Shown: one piece after another, positions 21,536 to 30,286 of the stretch
How positions within the stretch are numbered: position 1 is the stretch's first letter
How the letters are laid out: each line of letters opens with the position of its first letter
Assembly: GCA_963845185.1 (NCBI GenBank)
Contig: CAWJRG010000001.1
Span: 160,001 to 224,000 of the forward strand
Reading direction: 5' to 3'
Source of the DNA: an uncultured bacterium
GTDB lineage: Bacteria > Oederibacteriota > PGYV01 > CAWJRG01
DNA: 64,000 nucleotides
Translations under genes and position numbers: made by a program
The notes under the pieces: model-generated
The model's database searches: none
What the model saw: only the letters and a program-made list of their open reading frames with translations
Told to the model about the DNA's origin: nothing

Positions 21536-22669
21536 TTACGGTATTATCTCAACTGACGGAGTATCTTCCAAGGATTTTATTTCTTTGCTTGCCTCAACTC
21601 CGGTTTCAACTATAAAAGATGCAACTCCGGCAATATCCGGTATTGTTACACCCCTGCCGCCTTCTCCCTTATCGCCGTACGCTACGATTATTTCTCCGGT
21701 TACTGCTGCCAGCCCATAAACAGTGACGGTAATTACCCTGCCTTCGGCTGCCTTTGATATAAGCTTGCCTCCCTTAACCTCAACCGTAATATAACCATCG
21801 TCCTGCGCGACAGTGCTGGGAATGGGCCAGCCTTCGGGTATTGTTATCTTTAATATCCTGAATTCCGGCGAATCCTCGCCGACATTATAGATTATGTGAA
21901 TTGTGTTCCCAGCGCTTCCGGCCTTCAGCTGCACAGGTGATATGCGTGCTTTGCCGCTTCCAGCGATGTCTTTTGGTAATGCGTCGGCAGGCCTTTCAGG
22001 TATAAAAGCCGTCTCTCCCGGTTTGTTTATTACGGGGCCTTCCTCGCCTATTTCTTCCTCAAATTTTTCAGTGGGTTGCGCGGCTTCTTGTTCCGGTATT
22101 TGTTCCGGTTCCGGAGTCGTTGGCTCTTGTTTTTCTATTTCCCGCGCCGTCTTCTCCTCAAATATATTTTCTTGTTCTTTTACTGCCTGCACTTCCGGTT
22201 CTTTAATATGCGGAAATTTCTCTTCCTTAAATTCTGTTTTATCTTCTTCGGTTATTGTTTCTTTTCTTTTTTTCATCAGAAAAACTATTAATATTATTAG
22301 CCCCATACCAAGTAAAAAAAGCAAAACTGCGGCTAACCAATTTGTTTTATTTTTTGTTGTTGTTTCTTTTTCCTTTATTTTGACTGGCGTCTGTATTATT
22401 ACAGGTTCTTGCTGTTTAGTTATTTCTGTGGGTTTTACTGCGACCTTTTTTTCTATAGGCCCTGCTGTTTTTTCAGCCTTGGCTGTCATTGATAATGCTT
22501 GTGCCATGGCTGTTGACGTAAGCGGACCTGATTCGGATAATTCAGCCGGAGCAACTTCAAGTTGTTTTTTAAATTCTTCCATTGCTACGCGTTCTTTGGT
22601 AGTAAGGCAGCTGGATAATAATATGGTTAAAAATGACATGATAAAAATCATTGCAAAAAGTCTTCTCAT
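21536..22669 (-). CDS. Hypothetical lipoprotein with an internal TM helix, acidic linker and C-terminal beta domain
   Basis: Lipobox LSSC, TM segment WLAAVLLFLLGMGLIILIVFLM followed by KKRK, GGAGGTG RBS. Confidence 0.75.
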   Translation of the reverse strand: MRRLFAMIFIMSFLTILLSSCLTTKERVAMEEFKKQLEVAPAELSESGPLTSTAMAQALSMTAKAEKTAGPIEKKVAVKPTEITKQQEPVIIQTPVKIKEKETTTKNKTNWLAAVLLFLLGMGLIILIVFLMKKRKETITEEDKTEFKEEKFPHIKEPEVQAVKEQENIFEEKTAREIEKQEPTTPEPEQIPEQEAAQPTEKFEEEIGEEGPVINKPGETAFIPERPADALPKDIAGSGKARISPVQLKAGSAGNTIHIIYNVGEDSPEFRILKITIPEGWPIPSTVAQDDGYITVEVKGGKLISKAAEGRVITVTVYGLAAVTGEIIVAYGDKGEGGRGVTIPDIAGVASFIVETGVEASKEIKSLEDTPSVEIIP

Positions 22670-22939
22670 ATCACACCTCCCTCGTTTTCTTCATTTTACA
22701 CAATTCAGTTTGGAAAGTAAAGGCAAAACGGGGATATATCGTAATTCCACGTTGACTTTAATCAAAAATAGCAGTATCTTAATGTAAACCTTTTGTACAT
22801 TTTCTGCGTCAAAAATTCATTAAAAGAAATATCAACATATACGGAAAGGAGGCTCTTTGAATACTTTAAGCATGGATGCAAGAAAGAAAACCAAAAATAT
22901 CAAAAATAAACGGCGCAATGCGCAAAAAAGGAGGAAATT

Positions 22940-23326
22940 ATGAAAAGATTTATCACGGTGTTATTAGCTTTAATGTTTGTGTTTTCCGTCGTGGCTGTTG
23001 CTTTTGCTGACAATTCCGCGCCAACAGGCCAGCCGACTGTTTCATCGGGTAATAATGGCAAACCCGGCGAAATAGGTAAAAGGCAGTTGAACCAGAAAAG
23101 AAGGATCAAACAGGGTATAAAAAGCGGTGAACTTACTAAAGGCGAGGCAAAGAATCTTAAAGAAGATGAAAAGATGATGCAGAAGGAAAAGAAAGATATG
23201 AAAGCCCAGAATGGCGGCAAGCTTACAAAAGGCGATAAAAGATTGATGAACAAGCAGCTCAACCAGGAAAGCAAAAAAATATACAAGAAAAAACATAACG
23301 ATGTGAAAGAGCCTGTAACAAAATAA
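22940..23326 (+). CDS. Small secreted Lys-rich hypothetical protein
   Basis: AAGGAGG RBS, signal peptide ending AFA, two G.LTKG repeats. Confidence 0.8.
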   Translation: MKRFITVLLALMFVFSVVAVAFADNSAPTGQPTVSSGNNGKPGEIGKRQLNQKRRIKQGIKSGELTKGEAKNLKEDEKMMQKEKKDMKAQNGGKLTKGDKRLMNKQLNQESKKIYKKKHNDVKEPVTK

Positions 23327-23327
23327 A

Positions 23328-23372
23328 ATAAAATAAAAAGCCCCGGCTTAAAGCCGGGGCTTTTTATTTTAT
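23328..23372. terminator. Bidirectional intrinsic terminator
   Basis: Perfect inverted repeat ataaaataaaaagccccggct-taa-agccggggctttttattttat between convergent genes. Confidence 0.85.
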
Positions 23373-23406
23373 GCGGAATTTCAGCAACAAACCTTTTAAT
23401 TAAATG

Positions 23407-24183
23407 CTATTTTTGAAACGGCCTGTACCTTACTCTGTAGTCGACATTATCCTCCACCCATTTCCACAATTCGACCTGCTCTTCAAGCTTTGCGTTTTCT
23501 TTTATTTTTTCTTTCCAGCCGTTCATCACTTCATTATCAACCGTCCATATCCTTATCCTTTTCCTGGATATTTCTTTTTCCCATTTATCAGCTATCACGG
23601 GAGTCGGATACAATATCCTTATGGTTATATTGCGCGCCAGGTACTCAAGCGGTGTAATGTTTATATTCTTTATGGGCGCGCTTACGACCTTTCCGCCTTT
23701 TGTAAATTTTGCCGGCTCGCCGTCGCTTACTATTACTATATCTATTGGCGAAAGAATAAGACTCCTTTTCTGTATCAACTCTTTTACTTTTTCAAAAAAC
23801 ACATTGAAATCGGTTATTGTTTCTTTGTGCCCTATCCATTCTTTCAAATCCTGCTCTATCTGTTCCACTTTTTTCGACTCGAAATCCTGTATTGGCCTGA
23901 AAGATTTTGGTTCATCCGCCGAAAATCCGCCTATAGTTGCCACAAAAAGCGCCTTTGGTTCTTTCAATCCGCCCAAATTGTGCAAATGCCCGTAAATATA
24001 ATAGGAAATAAATTTTAAGGAGTCTTCGTAATAAGGAGAATCCACAAAAGAAGTACTCGCGTCTATGCCGATAAATATGGTGTGTTTTATCATTCTTTGC
24101 TCTGTTCCGGTGCCCATCGTGCATCCCGAAAGGAACAGCATTGCTGCCACAGCCAGTATTTGTAAATTTTTTAAGTTTTTCAT
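23407..24183 (-). CDS. vWA-like domain lipoprotein
   Basis: Lipobox LSGC; MIDAS-like IGIDASTS...T...VSDG. Confidence 0.75.
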   Translation of the reverse strand: MKNLKNLQILAVAAMLFLSGCTMGTGTEQRMIKHTIFIGIDASTSFVDSPYYEDSLKFISYYIYGHLHNLGGLKEPKALFVATIGGFSADEPKSFRPIQDFESKKVEQIEQDLKEWIGHKETITDFNVFFEKVKELIQKRSLILSPIDIVIVSDGEPAKFTKGGKVVSAPIKNINITPLEYLARNITIRILYPTPVIADKWEKEISRKRIRIWTVDNEVMNGWKEKIKENAKLEEQVELWKWVEDNVDYRVRYRPFQK

Positions 24184-24197
24184 TTTTATCGCCTCCT

Positions 24198-24297
24198 ATG
24201 CAAAAATTTATTTTGCAAACGCTCGGGAGTGCAGCAAAATATTACTCTTGCTTGCACCCGCTCAAGTCCAAGGCATAAGCCGAGGACAAGTGGTGCT
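24198..24297. repeat. Two-hairpin structured repeat, copy 1
   Basis: Core acccgctcaagtccaaggc-ataa-gccgaggacaagtggt shared with copies at 28244, 48376 and 54575. Confidence 0.85.
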
Positions 24298-24301
24298 ATG
24301 C

Positions 24302-25546
24302 CTATTCTTTTTTCTTAAACAGGCCTGCCAGAAGGTCTTTCGTGTCCATCACATTTTCCATGCTTTTAAACGGCAGGTTAAAAAGTGTCTTTGCGCTCAC
24401 CAGCACTATCACAATGTTTATTGCCGCTGCTATTATTTGAAACACCGGCAGAGATGCAGCCTCGAGAAATTTTTTGCCCGTGGCATCAAACCATTCCATG
24501 TTGTTCTTAAAAACGCTTATAAAATCCTCCCAGGTCTGCTGCAACACTTCTTTTTTGGTTTCAACCGGTTTTCCTTCACCGTTCATCTTCTGGCGAGATA
24601 TCACGGCTATCAATGTCGGCGTGCCAAACCGCGCGAATAAAAACCACGTCATGCCCCTGATGCCTGTCCAAAGAAAGGCAGCCAGTACAAGCGTGGACAC
24701 GAGACCCATCCTGACCTGTTCGCCTGTCTGCTGGGCTATCCACGGCGTAAGTGCATCTACCAGTTCCCTGTAGAGAAATACAACTTCAAAAAACAGCACA
24801 AACATTTCAACCAGCACCATCTGGATTATCTGTTCTGCCTTTTTGTTCTTTATTGCCTCAAACAAAACGTAGAGGCATGCAAAGCTTCCAGAAATAAGAA
24901 AAAACAAAAACAGCCACAAAAAAGGTATTATCAAGTGCTGCGATTCTATGCCTGTCACGTCGGCCAGCACCTCGCTTATAGTCGGCAGCAGGGTGTAAGT
25001 GAATATTATCGCTTCGAGCACGCACCATGCGATTGTTATTGTCACTGCAACCCATGGCACACCGCCCTGCGAATACCTGCGCGCTATTTCACCCGCTCCT
25101 TTAAACGGCAAAGTTATAAGACGCAGTATCCCTATCACAACCGCTCCTACGGTGAGCTTGATAAGCTCCCACGCCCACCCAAAACATAGAAAAATAAACC
25201 TTGCCGCACCGACCCAGTAGTTCCAGACTGATGTAAGTATATCCCACCACGCGAGTGCCATAGTTCCGATAAAACGTATTCTTCCCCCTCTGAAAAGTAT
25301 TGTATAAACCGAGGCCATCGTGATCCACATCCCGACAATAAAAAGCAAAACAGGCAGCAGGATAATGATAATTTTCAGGAGCATAACAAAGATATTGCCC
25401 GGTACAAAAATAAAATCAAGCAATGCTTTTTGCACTCCAGGAATCCACGACAAAGGCAGGAGAAGTACTTTTGGGTCAATTGCAAATGTAATCTTGTTTG
25501 ATACGTCTGCAGCTTGAGCTAAAGCTGTTACGGTTTGTTCTGTCAT
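24302..25546 (-). CDS. Hypothetical polytopic membrane protein, upstream partner of the vWA lipoprotein
   Basis: 414 aa, many hydrophobic segments, AGGAGG RBS. Confidence 0.8.
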   Translation of the reverse strand: MTEQTVTALAQAADVSNKITFAIDPKVLLLPLSWIPGVQKALLDFIFVPGNIFVMLLKIIIILLPVLLFIVGMWITMASVYTILFRGGRIRFIGTMALAWWDILTSVWNYWVGAARFIFLCFGWAWELIKLTVGAVVIGILRLITLPFKGAGEIARRYSQGGVPWVAVTITIAWCVLEAIIFTYTLLPTISEVLADVTGIESQHLIIPFLWLFLFFLISGSFACLYVLFEAIKNKKAEQIIQMVLVEMFVLFFEVVFLYRELVDALTPWIAQQTGEQVRMGLVSTLVLAAFLWTGIRGMTWFLFARFGTPTLIAVISRQKMNGEGKPVETKKEVLQQTWEDFISVFKNNMEWFDATGKKFLEAASLPVFQIIAAAINIVIVLVSAKTLFNLPFKSMENVMDTKDLLAGLFKKKE

Positions 25547-25825
25547 TTTGTTTTCCTCCTTTCATGTGGTTTTGATGTTCAAGTATCTATATCAAAGACC
25601 CGGAGTTTTGTCAAGCCGGGCATTGTTGCTTCTTTCCTTAAACTTAACTGCCCTTCTAACTCAAAATTCTTTTCAAGGAGGTCTTACTTTCAATTTCTGT
25701 TATAAGTATAGCATATAATTCCCAAAAGTCAAGCAAATAATTTCATTATTCAAAATTATTATTTCATATAATGAAATATTATGTGGATAATTACAAATAA
25801 TTCTTAATAAGTCTTTCAAATAGAA

Positions 25826-25886
25826 AACCCTTCCCCTGAACAGGGGAAGGGTTGAATGGTGAGGGCTAATATTTTAACCCTCACCC
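25826..25886. repeat. C-run/G-run palindromic REP-like element, possibly also a terminator
   Basis: aacccttcccctg-aa-caggggaagggtt, followed by a ggtgaggg...ccctcacc inverted pair. Confidence 0.65.
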
Positions 25887-25900
25887 GGGAGGGATGGATG

Positions 25901-28231
25901 TTACATTATTTCCATTGTCAACTCTATCGTGCCTGTGACCTTATCAAAAATAACTTTTGAGAAAAGGCTGTCAAGCACATCCTGTTTATACTCTTTGCCT
26001 TTATAGCTTAAAACTTTTACTTCCTTGACTTTTCCGTTTTCTACTTTCAGTTCAAACTCTATTCCGCTTAAATTCCATTGCTGCATAAAATTCTCAAGCT
26101 CTGCCTTGATTGCGCCGAACACTGCTTTTTCAGCCTCGTCAAGAGTATACCCTGAAGGTGTTTTGCCGTCACTTATGTAAATAGTATTTCCCGTGCTTTT
26201 TGTTCCCTGTTCATCAACTTCTTTTTCTTCAGCGCTTGACACTTCAACCGGTGCTTCAGCTTTTTTACAAGCTTTGCTGACAGTTCCCATGTTATAATAT
26301 CCACGCGTCTGGCTAGCCGCAGGCAATGCTTCACTTAACATATTCTTTCCGCCTACAGCGTAATCACTTACTCCCTGTGGCAACGGTAACGGCTGCTTTA
26401 CTGTCATGGTCTCGCCAGTTTGCCTTACGACTTTGTCAACTGCCACAAATGATGTGAATTCAGTCATGAGATGGTATTTTAATCCCAGGGCTGTTACCTC
26501 TTCTTTTGTATCCACGCCGACTTTTGCGTAATCAGCAAGCCTTGCTATTTTCTCGCGCGCCCAAAGATATTTTACTGCTTCGTTTTTGTTGTCTTCTTTG
26601 TAATCGCCTATGTTGATTGTTTTCTCAAAATTCCCGTTTGCAGTCCTTCCTGTTATTATTATCTTGCCTGACGCATTTTTGTATTTTCCCGATATCACAA
26701 GAGGTCTCTCTGCGAATAAGTCAGGCACAGATATTGGTTCCACATCATAAGCGTCGAATCCGTCGTATTTCACTTTTATATCGGTCAGGACCGGGCTTTT
26801 AATGTAATTTATAAACTTCTGCGCAGCCTGTTCGGCCTCTGACGGGTCTTCCACAACAAAAGGCTCGCCCTTGCCCACTCGCGCCATTCCTTCTATTATG
26901 TACCTGTTTACAGCCGTGCCTATTCCAAAGGCAAAAAAGTTTGCTTCGCCCATTTTATTTTCAATCAGGTCAAACACATCCTTTTCCACAGGCACATAGC
27001 CGTCTGTCAATGCCACTATTATTCGCGACATGCCTTTTTTCTTTGGCAAGGCAGAAGCTTTTGTAAAAGCGTCTATTATCTCAGTGCCGCCGCTTCCCTG
27101 TGCGTTTTCAATCATGGCTACTGCTTTTTTCCTGTTTGCCTCGGTAGCAGGCATTGGTTTTGAAAAAAGCACGTTTGACCCGCCCGAAAAGAACATTACA
27201 TTGAAATAATCCTGCCCTCTTAGGTTTGACAATATGCTGCATACTGTCTTCTTTGATATTTCAAGTGGGAAACCATACATCGAGCCTGAAACGTCCATGA
27301 TAAAAAGATATTCCCTCGGCGGTATCATGCTGGTTTCCACTTTGGCAGGCGGTTCAATCATGGTAAGAAAGTATTTTTCATCTTTATCCTGGTAAAGCAG
27401 GGTTCCTGTGTTAATCGCATCTCCTTCAAGCGAATAGTCCAGGATAAAATCCCTGTTCCCGCCGTTTTTCTCCTTTGCCGCAAGTGTAATTTTTACGTTA
27501 TTTTTGTCTTCAAAATTCGTTTCAATTAGGTGAGACGTTGACCATACTTTGGCCACTGGAATGCCTGATTTTAAGCCCACTTTTAAACTGAATTCATACG
27601 GTGCCTGTTTGCCTTCATGTAAATACGGGTTTACTGTCCAGTTATCCTTGCCCTTTAAATCTGATTCTTTTGCCTCGCCTGTAAACCTGGGCCCTACCAC
27701 AGTCGGGAACATAAATTCGTAAACTCCCGCGTCCGGTACAAGGCTTTCAGTATAAGACACAGTTACCTCTACTTTATCTCCCGGCATTATGTTTGCCACG
27801 CTCATCTGGAAAACATTTGGCCTTTTTTCCTCGAGCAATGACGCTGTCTGGCCTTTGTTCTTTGCGTCATTATAAATCTGCTGCGCTTCCTCTGTTTTAT
27901 GTATGTCCGCCTCTATTATCCTTGTGCCTATCTGCATTTTCATCGCGTTTATTGCTGTCTTTGTGCCGAGCGGAAAAACATAAATTGCCTCTATTGTCTT
28001 TTTGCCGTCGTTCTTGTAGACCTGCTTTAATTCTGTCTGTGCCGTCATCCCTGCTATGCTGACGTCCGCCGATGTGGATAAAAGAGGAAAGCTCTCCACA
28101 TCCCCGCTGCCCTGTACTGCAAAATAAGGCGATAAATTTTCCTTTCCTTTGTCTTTCTGGATAGAATAACCTGATACTGCAAGTAAAACCATTGCCAAAA
28201 CCATCGCTCCCAAAACTTTTGCCTTTTTCAT
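25901..28231 (-). CDS. Secreted VIT + vWA domain protein (inter-alpha-trypsin-inhibitor-like)
   Basis: VIT motifs EAIYVFPL..ASLLEEKRPNVFQMSVANI; vWA DVSGSM, LTDG, FGIG; C-terminal TSFVAVD. Confidence 0.92.
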   Translation of the reverse strand: MKKAKVLGAMVLAMVLLAVSGYSIQKDKGKENLSPYFAVQGSGDVESFPLLSTSADVSIAGMTAQTELKQVYKNDGKKTIEAIYVFPLGTKTAINAMKMQIGTRIIEADIHKTEEAQQIYNDAKNKGQTASLLEEKRPNVFQMSVANIMPGDKVEVTVSYTESLVPDAGVYEFMFPTVVGPRFTGEAKESDLKGKDNWTVNPYLHEGKQAPYEFSLKVGLKSGIPVAKVWSTSHLIETNFEDKNNVKITLAAKEKNGGNRDFILDYSLEGDAINTGTLLYQDKDEKYFLTMIEPPAKVETSMIPPREYLFIMDVSGSMYGFPLEISKKTVCSILSNLRGQDYFNVMFFSGGSNVLFSKPMPATEANRKKAVAMIENAQGSGGTEIIDAFTKASALPKKKGMSRIIVALTDGYVPVEKDVFDLIENKMGEANFFAFGIGTAVNRYIIEGMARVGKGEPFVVEDPSEAEQAAQKFINYIKSPVLTDIKVKYDGFDAYDVEPISVPDLFAERPLVISGKYKNASGKIIITGRTANGNFEKTINIGDYKEDNKNEAVKYLWAREKIARLADYAKVGVDTKEEVTALGLKYHLMTEFTSFVAVDKVVRQTGETMTVKQPLPLPQGVSDYAVGGKNMLSEALPAASQTRGYYNMGTVSKACKKAEAPVEVSSAEEKEVDEQGTKSTGNTIYISDGKTPSGYTLDEAEKAVFGAIKAELENFMQQWNLSGIEFELKVENGKVKEVKVLSYKGKEYKQDVLDSLFSKVIFDKVTGTIELTMEIM

Positions 28232-28243
28232 TTTTCGTCTCCT

Positions 28244-28344
28244 TAGAGTCCGTTGATTTTACCGAGCGTCGACAGCGAAGGTAAAATCTTACGGAGTCTT
28301 ATACCCGCTCAAGTCCGAGGCTGCAGCCGAGGACAAGCGGTATT
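28244..28344. repeat. Two-hairpin structured repeat, copy 2
   Basis: Core atacccgctcaagtccgaggc-tgca-gccgaggacaagcggtat; abuts the VIT gene RBS. Confidence 0.85.
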
Positions 28345-28361
28345 CTTTCTTTCACCCCACA

Positions 28362-28387
28362 TGACACCAGTACCGCAAAAAAGTTCC
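28362..28387 (-). promoter_or_regulatory. ECF sigma promoter motif GGAACT-N15-TGTCA upstream of the VIT gene
   Basis: Matches the motif upstream of the neighbouring ECF sigma gene. Confidence 0.6.
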
Positions 28388-28479
28388 ATGAAAAATGAAA
28401 AAGCTGGATTATTTTTATTGGGATGTTGCAATATGATTTGGATAAATCTAGAGATTGGTTTTAAAAATAAAAATTCTTG

Positions 28480-29598
28480 TTATTGAACCTTCTGAAATTC
28501 AACTGGCAATGTAGTATTTTCAATTGCCTTGATGCAATACGGATAAGTGATTACCTGCGCTTCTATGGCGCCTTCTGCAGGGGTATTCTCCCTGTATTTC
28601 ACTATAACCTTGTCCGCTGTTTTTTCAATTGAAATGATTTCTATAGAGTATCCTGCCGTTGGTTTCTCACCCATAAATAAGGCAACCAGCATATCACTGT
28701 TAAAATCCGTCATTTCTATATCAGGGTGGTCTGTTTTTATTGCGCTGTTGTTTGCAGTAAATTGCTGCCATGACGCCGAATCCTTGAATACCAGGTTGGA
28801 AGGTGTCGTCTGCCCGCTGTTTGTTCCTGCCCATTGTTTGCTTATCATACCCGCGACTGGAATATTTGCCTGTTTTAATTGCAGCGGCGCTGCTTTTGGT
28901 TTTGACATCGTTTCTATTTGTCCGGAAGCAGCTTCTTCTTTTGACGTAATGTCCGCGGCCTGCTGGGTTTCAGCCTTTTTTGATTTAAGTTTTGCTTCTC
29001 CATAATTTGCGCCTGCCAAAGTTTTGCTTTTATCCAGTTCAATGCTTGCCTCAGTTTCCACTTTTTCTTCAGGCGCCATTGCAGGCGGCAGCTGCGCAAG
29101 GCTTCTTGTCTTAGCCATTGGTTTCTTGGCTGCGATTTTGGCTTCATCTTTATTATACATGGCTGCTTTTGCCGGTTCTGTGTTTTTTGACCCTGTTGCC
29201 TGCTCCTCGGACCAGCCTGCCTCTTTAGCAGGGACGCTTTGCTTTGTGGATATGCTGCTGAAATTATTTGTTTCTTTCAGCGTGTATCTTGTCATGACAA
29301 CGACAAAAACAAGCGCAGCTGCTGCGGCAAGCCCTTTCATATATATGTTGAAATTAAAAGCACGTCGCGGCTCTTTCCCTTCTGCTATATCAAGCTTCGC
29401 GCTCAGGCGGCTCAAGTATCCGGCCGGAAGCGGCTTATCTTTTACTTCGTGAAGGGCACTCAATGCTTTTTTTGTTTCTTCAAGCAATTTTTTGCATTTC
29501 TCGCACTCGTTTATATGCTTTTCGAATTCTGCCATTTCTTTGCCTGGCATCATGCCGTCTATGTAAGCTGAAATTTGCTCATTTATATGTTTTGCCAT
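28480..29598 (-). CDS. Zinc-finger (zf-HC2) anti-sigma factor with a C-terminal PrcB-like domain
   Basis: H..ECEKC (HxxxCxxC), one TM helix, then FMGEKPTAGYSIEI...QVITYPY. Confidence 0.88.
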   Translation of the reverse strand: MAKHINEQISAYIDGMMPGKEMAEFEKHINECEKCKKLLEETKKALSALHEVKDKPLPAGYLSRLSAKLDIAEGKEPRRAFNFNIYMKGLAAAAALVFVVVMTRYTLKETNNFSSISTKQSVPAKEAGWSEEQATGSKNTEPAKAAMYNKDEAKIAAKKPMAKTRSLAQLPPAMAPEEKVETEASIELDKSKTLAGANYGEAKLKSKKAETQQAADITSKEEAASGQIETMSKPKAAPLQLKQANIPVAGMISKQWAGTNSGQTTPSNLVFKDSASWQQFTANNSAIKTDHPDIEMTDFNSDMLVALFMGEKPTAGYSIEIISIEKTADKVIVKYRENTPAEGAIEAQVITYPYCIKAIENTTLPVEFQKVQ

Positions 29599-29600
29599 TT

Positions 29601-30194
29601 TTATACCTCTAAATATTTGCTTAGTTTTTCACGCAGGGATTCCCTTGCGCGGGCTATGCGCGATTTTACCGTGCCCAGAGGCGTTTCCATGATTTCAGAT
29701 ATCTCCTCGTAACTTTTTTCCTGCATATCGCACAAAACTATCATTATCCTTGCTTCTTCGTTTATTTCCGACAGTGCCTTTTCTATGATTTCAGACCTAT
29801 TTTTTTTGTCAAAGTCTATTGCCGGATCCTGCCCTTTATCCGCGATTTCTTTTTTTATCCCGCCGTCTTCTGTTTCCCTTTCCTCCTCAAGCGAGTCATG
29901 CTTGCTGTACAGCCTGCGTTTATCATGCCTGACCGTGCCTTTCCATTCATTGACTGTTATCCTGTAAATCCATCCCGCAAAAGGGCATTTATGCTCAAAC
30001 CTTGATATGCTTTTATAGGCGTTGATAAAAGCTCCCTGCGAAATGTCTTCGGCAGTAGTCGGGTTGCCGCACAGGCGCAGCGCGAGGTTATAAACCTTTT
30101 GCGCGCAGGACTTGACAAGCGTTTCAAAAGCGCGCCTGTCGCCGTTTTTTGCCTTTTCCACAAGCTGTTTTTCCTTGTCGTCTATTTCCGCCAA
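29601..30194 (-). CDS. ECF RNA polymerase sigma factor
   Basis: AFETLV, AEDISQ, WIYRITVN, SYEEISEIMETPLGTVKSRIARAR. Confidence 0.95.
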   Translation of the reverse strand: MAEIDDKEKQLVEKAKNGDRRAFETLVKSCAQKVYNLALRLCGNPTTAEDISQGAFINAYKSISRFEHKCPFAGWIYRITVNEWKGTVRHDKRRLYSKHDSLEEERETEDGGIKKEIADKGQDPAIDFDKKNRSEIIEKALSEINEEARIMIVLCDMQEKSYEEISEIMETPLGTVKSRIARARESLREKLSKYLEV

Positions 30195-30210
30195 AATTTT
30201 TCTCCCTTTA

Positions 30211-30237
30211 TTGACGCCGAATATTTATAATAGTTCC
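30211..30237 (-). promoter_or_regulatory. Probable autoregulatory ECF promoter GGAACT-N15-CGTCAA
   Basis: Lies directly upstream of the sigma gene and resembles the common ECF GGAAC...GTC consensus. Confidence 0.7.
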
Positions 30238-30286
30238 CTATATTTATTCTGATTTTATTGCCCAACCCACTCCAGCAAATTACTCA

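Noticed and set aside
21903..22787. 294-aa plus-strand ORF, and similar antisense ORFs across the window
   Set aside because: They lie opposite well-supported genes and show no recognisable motifs.
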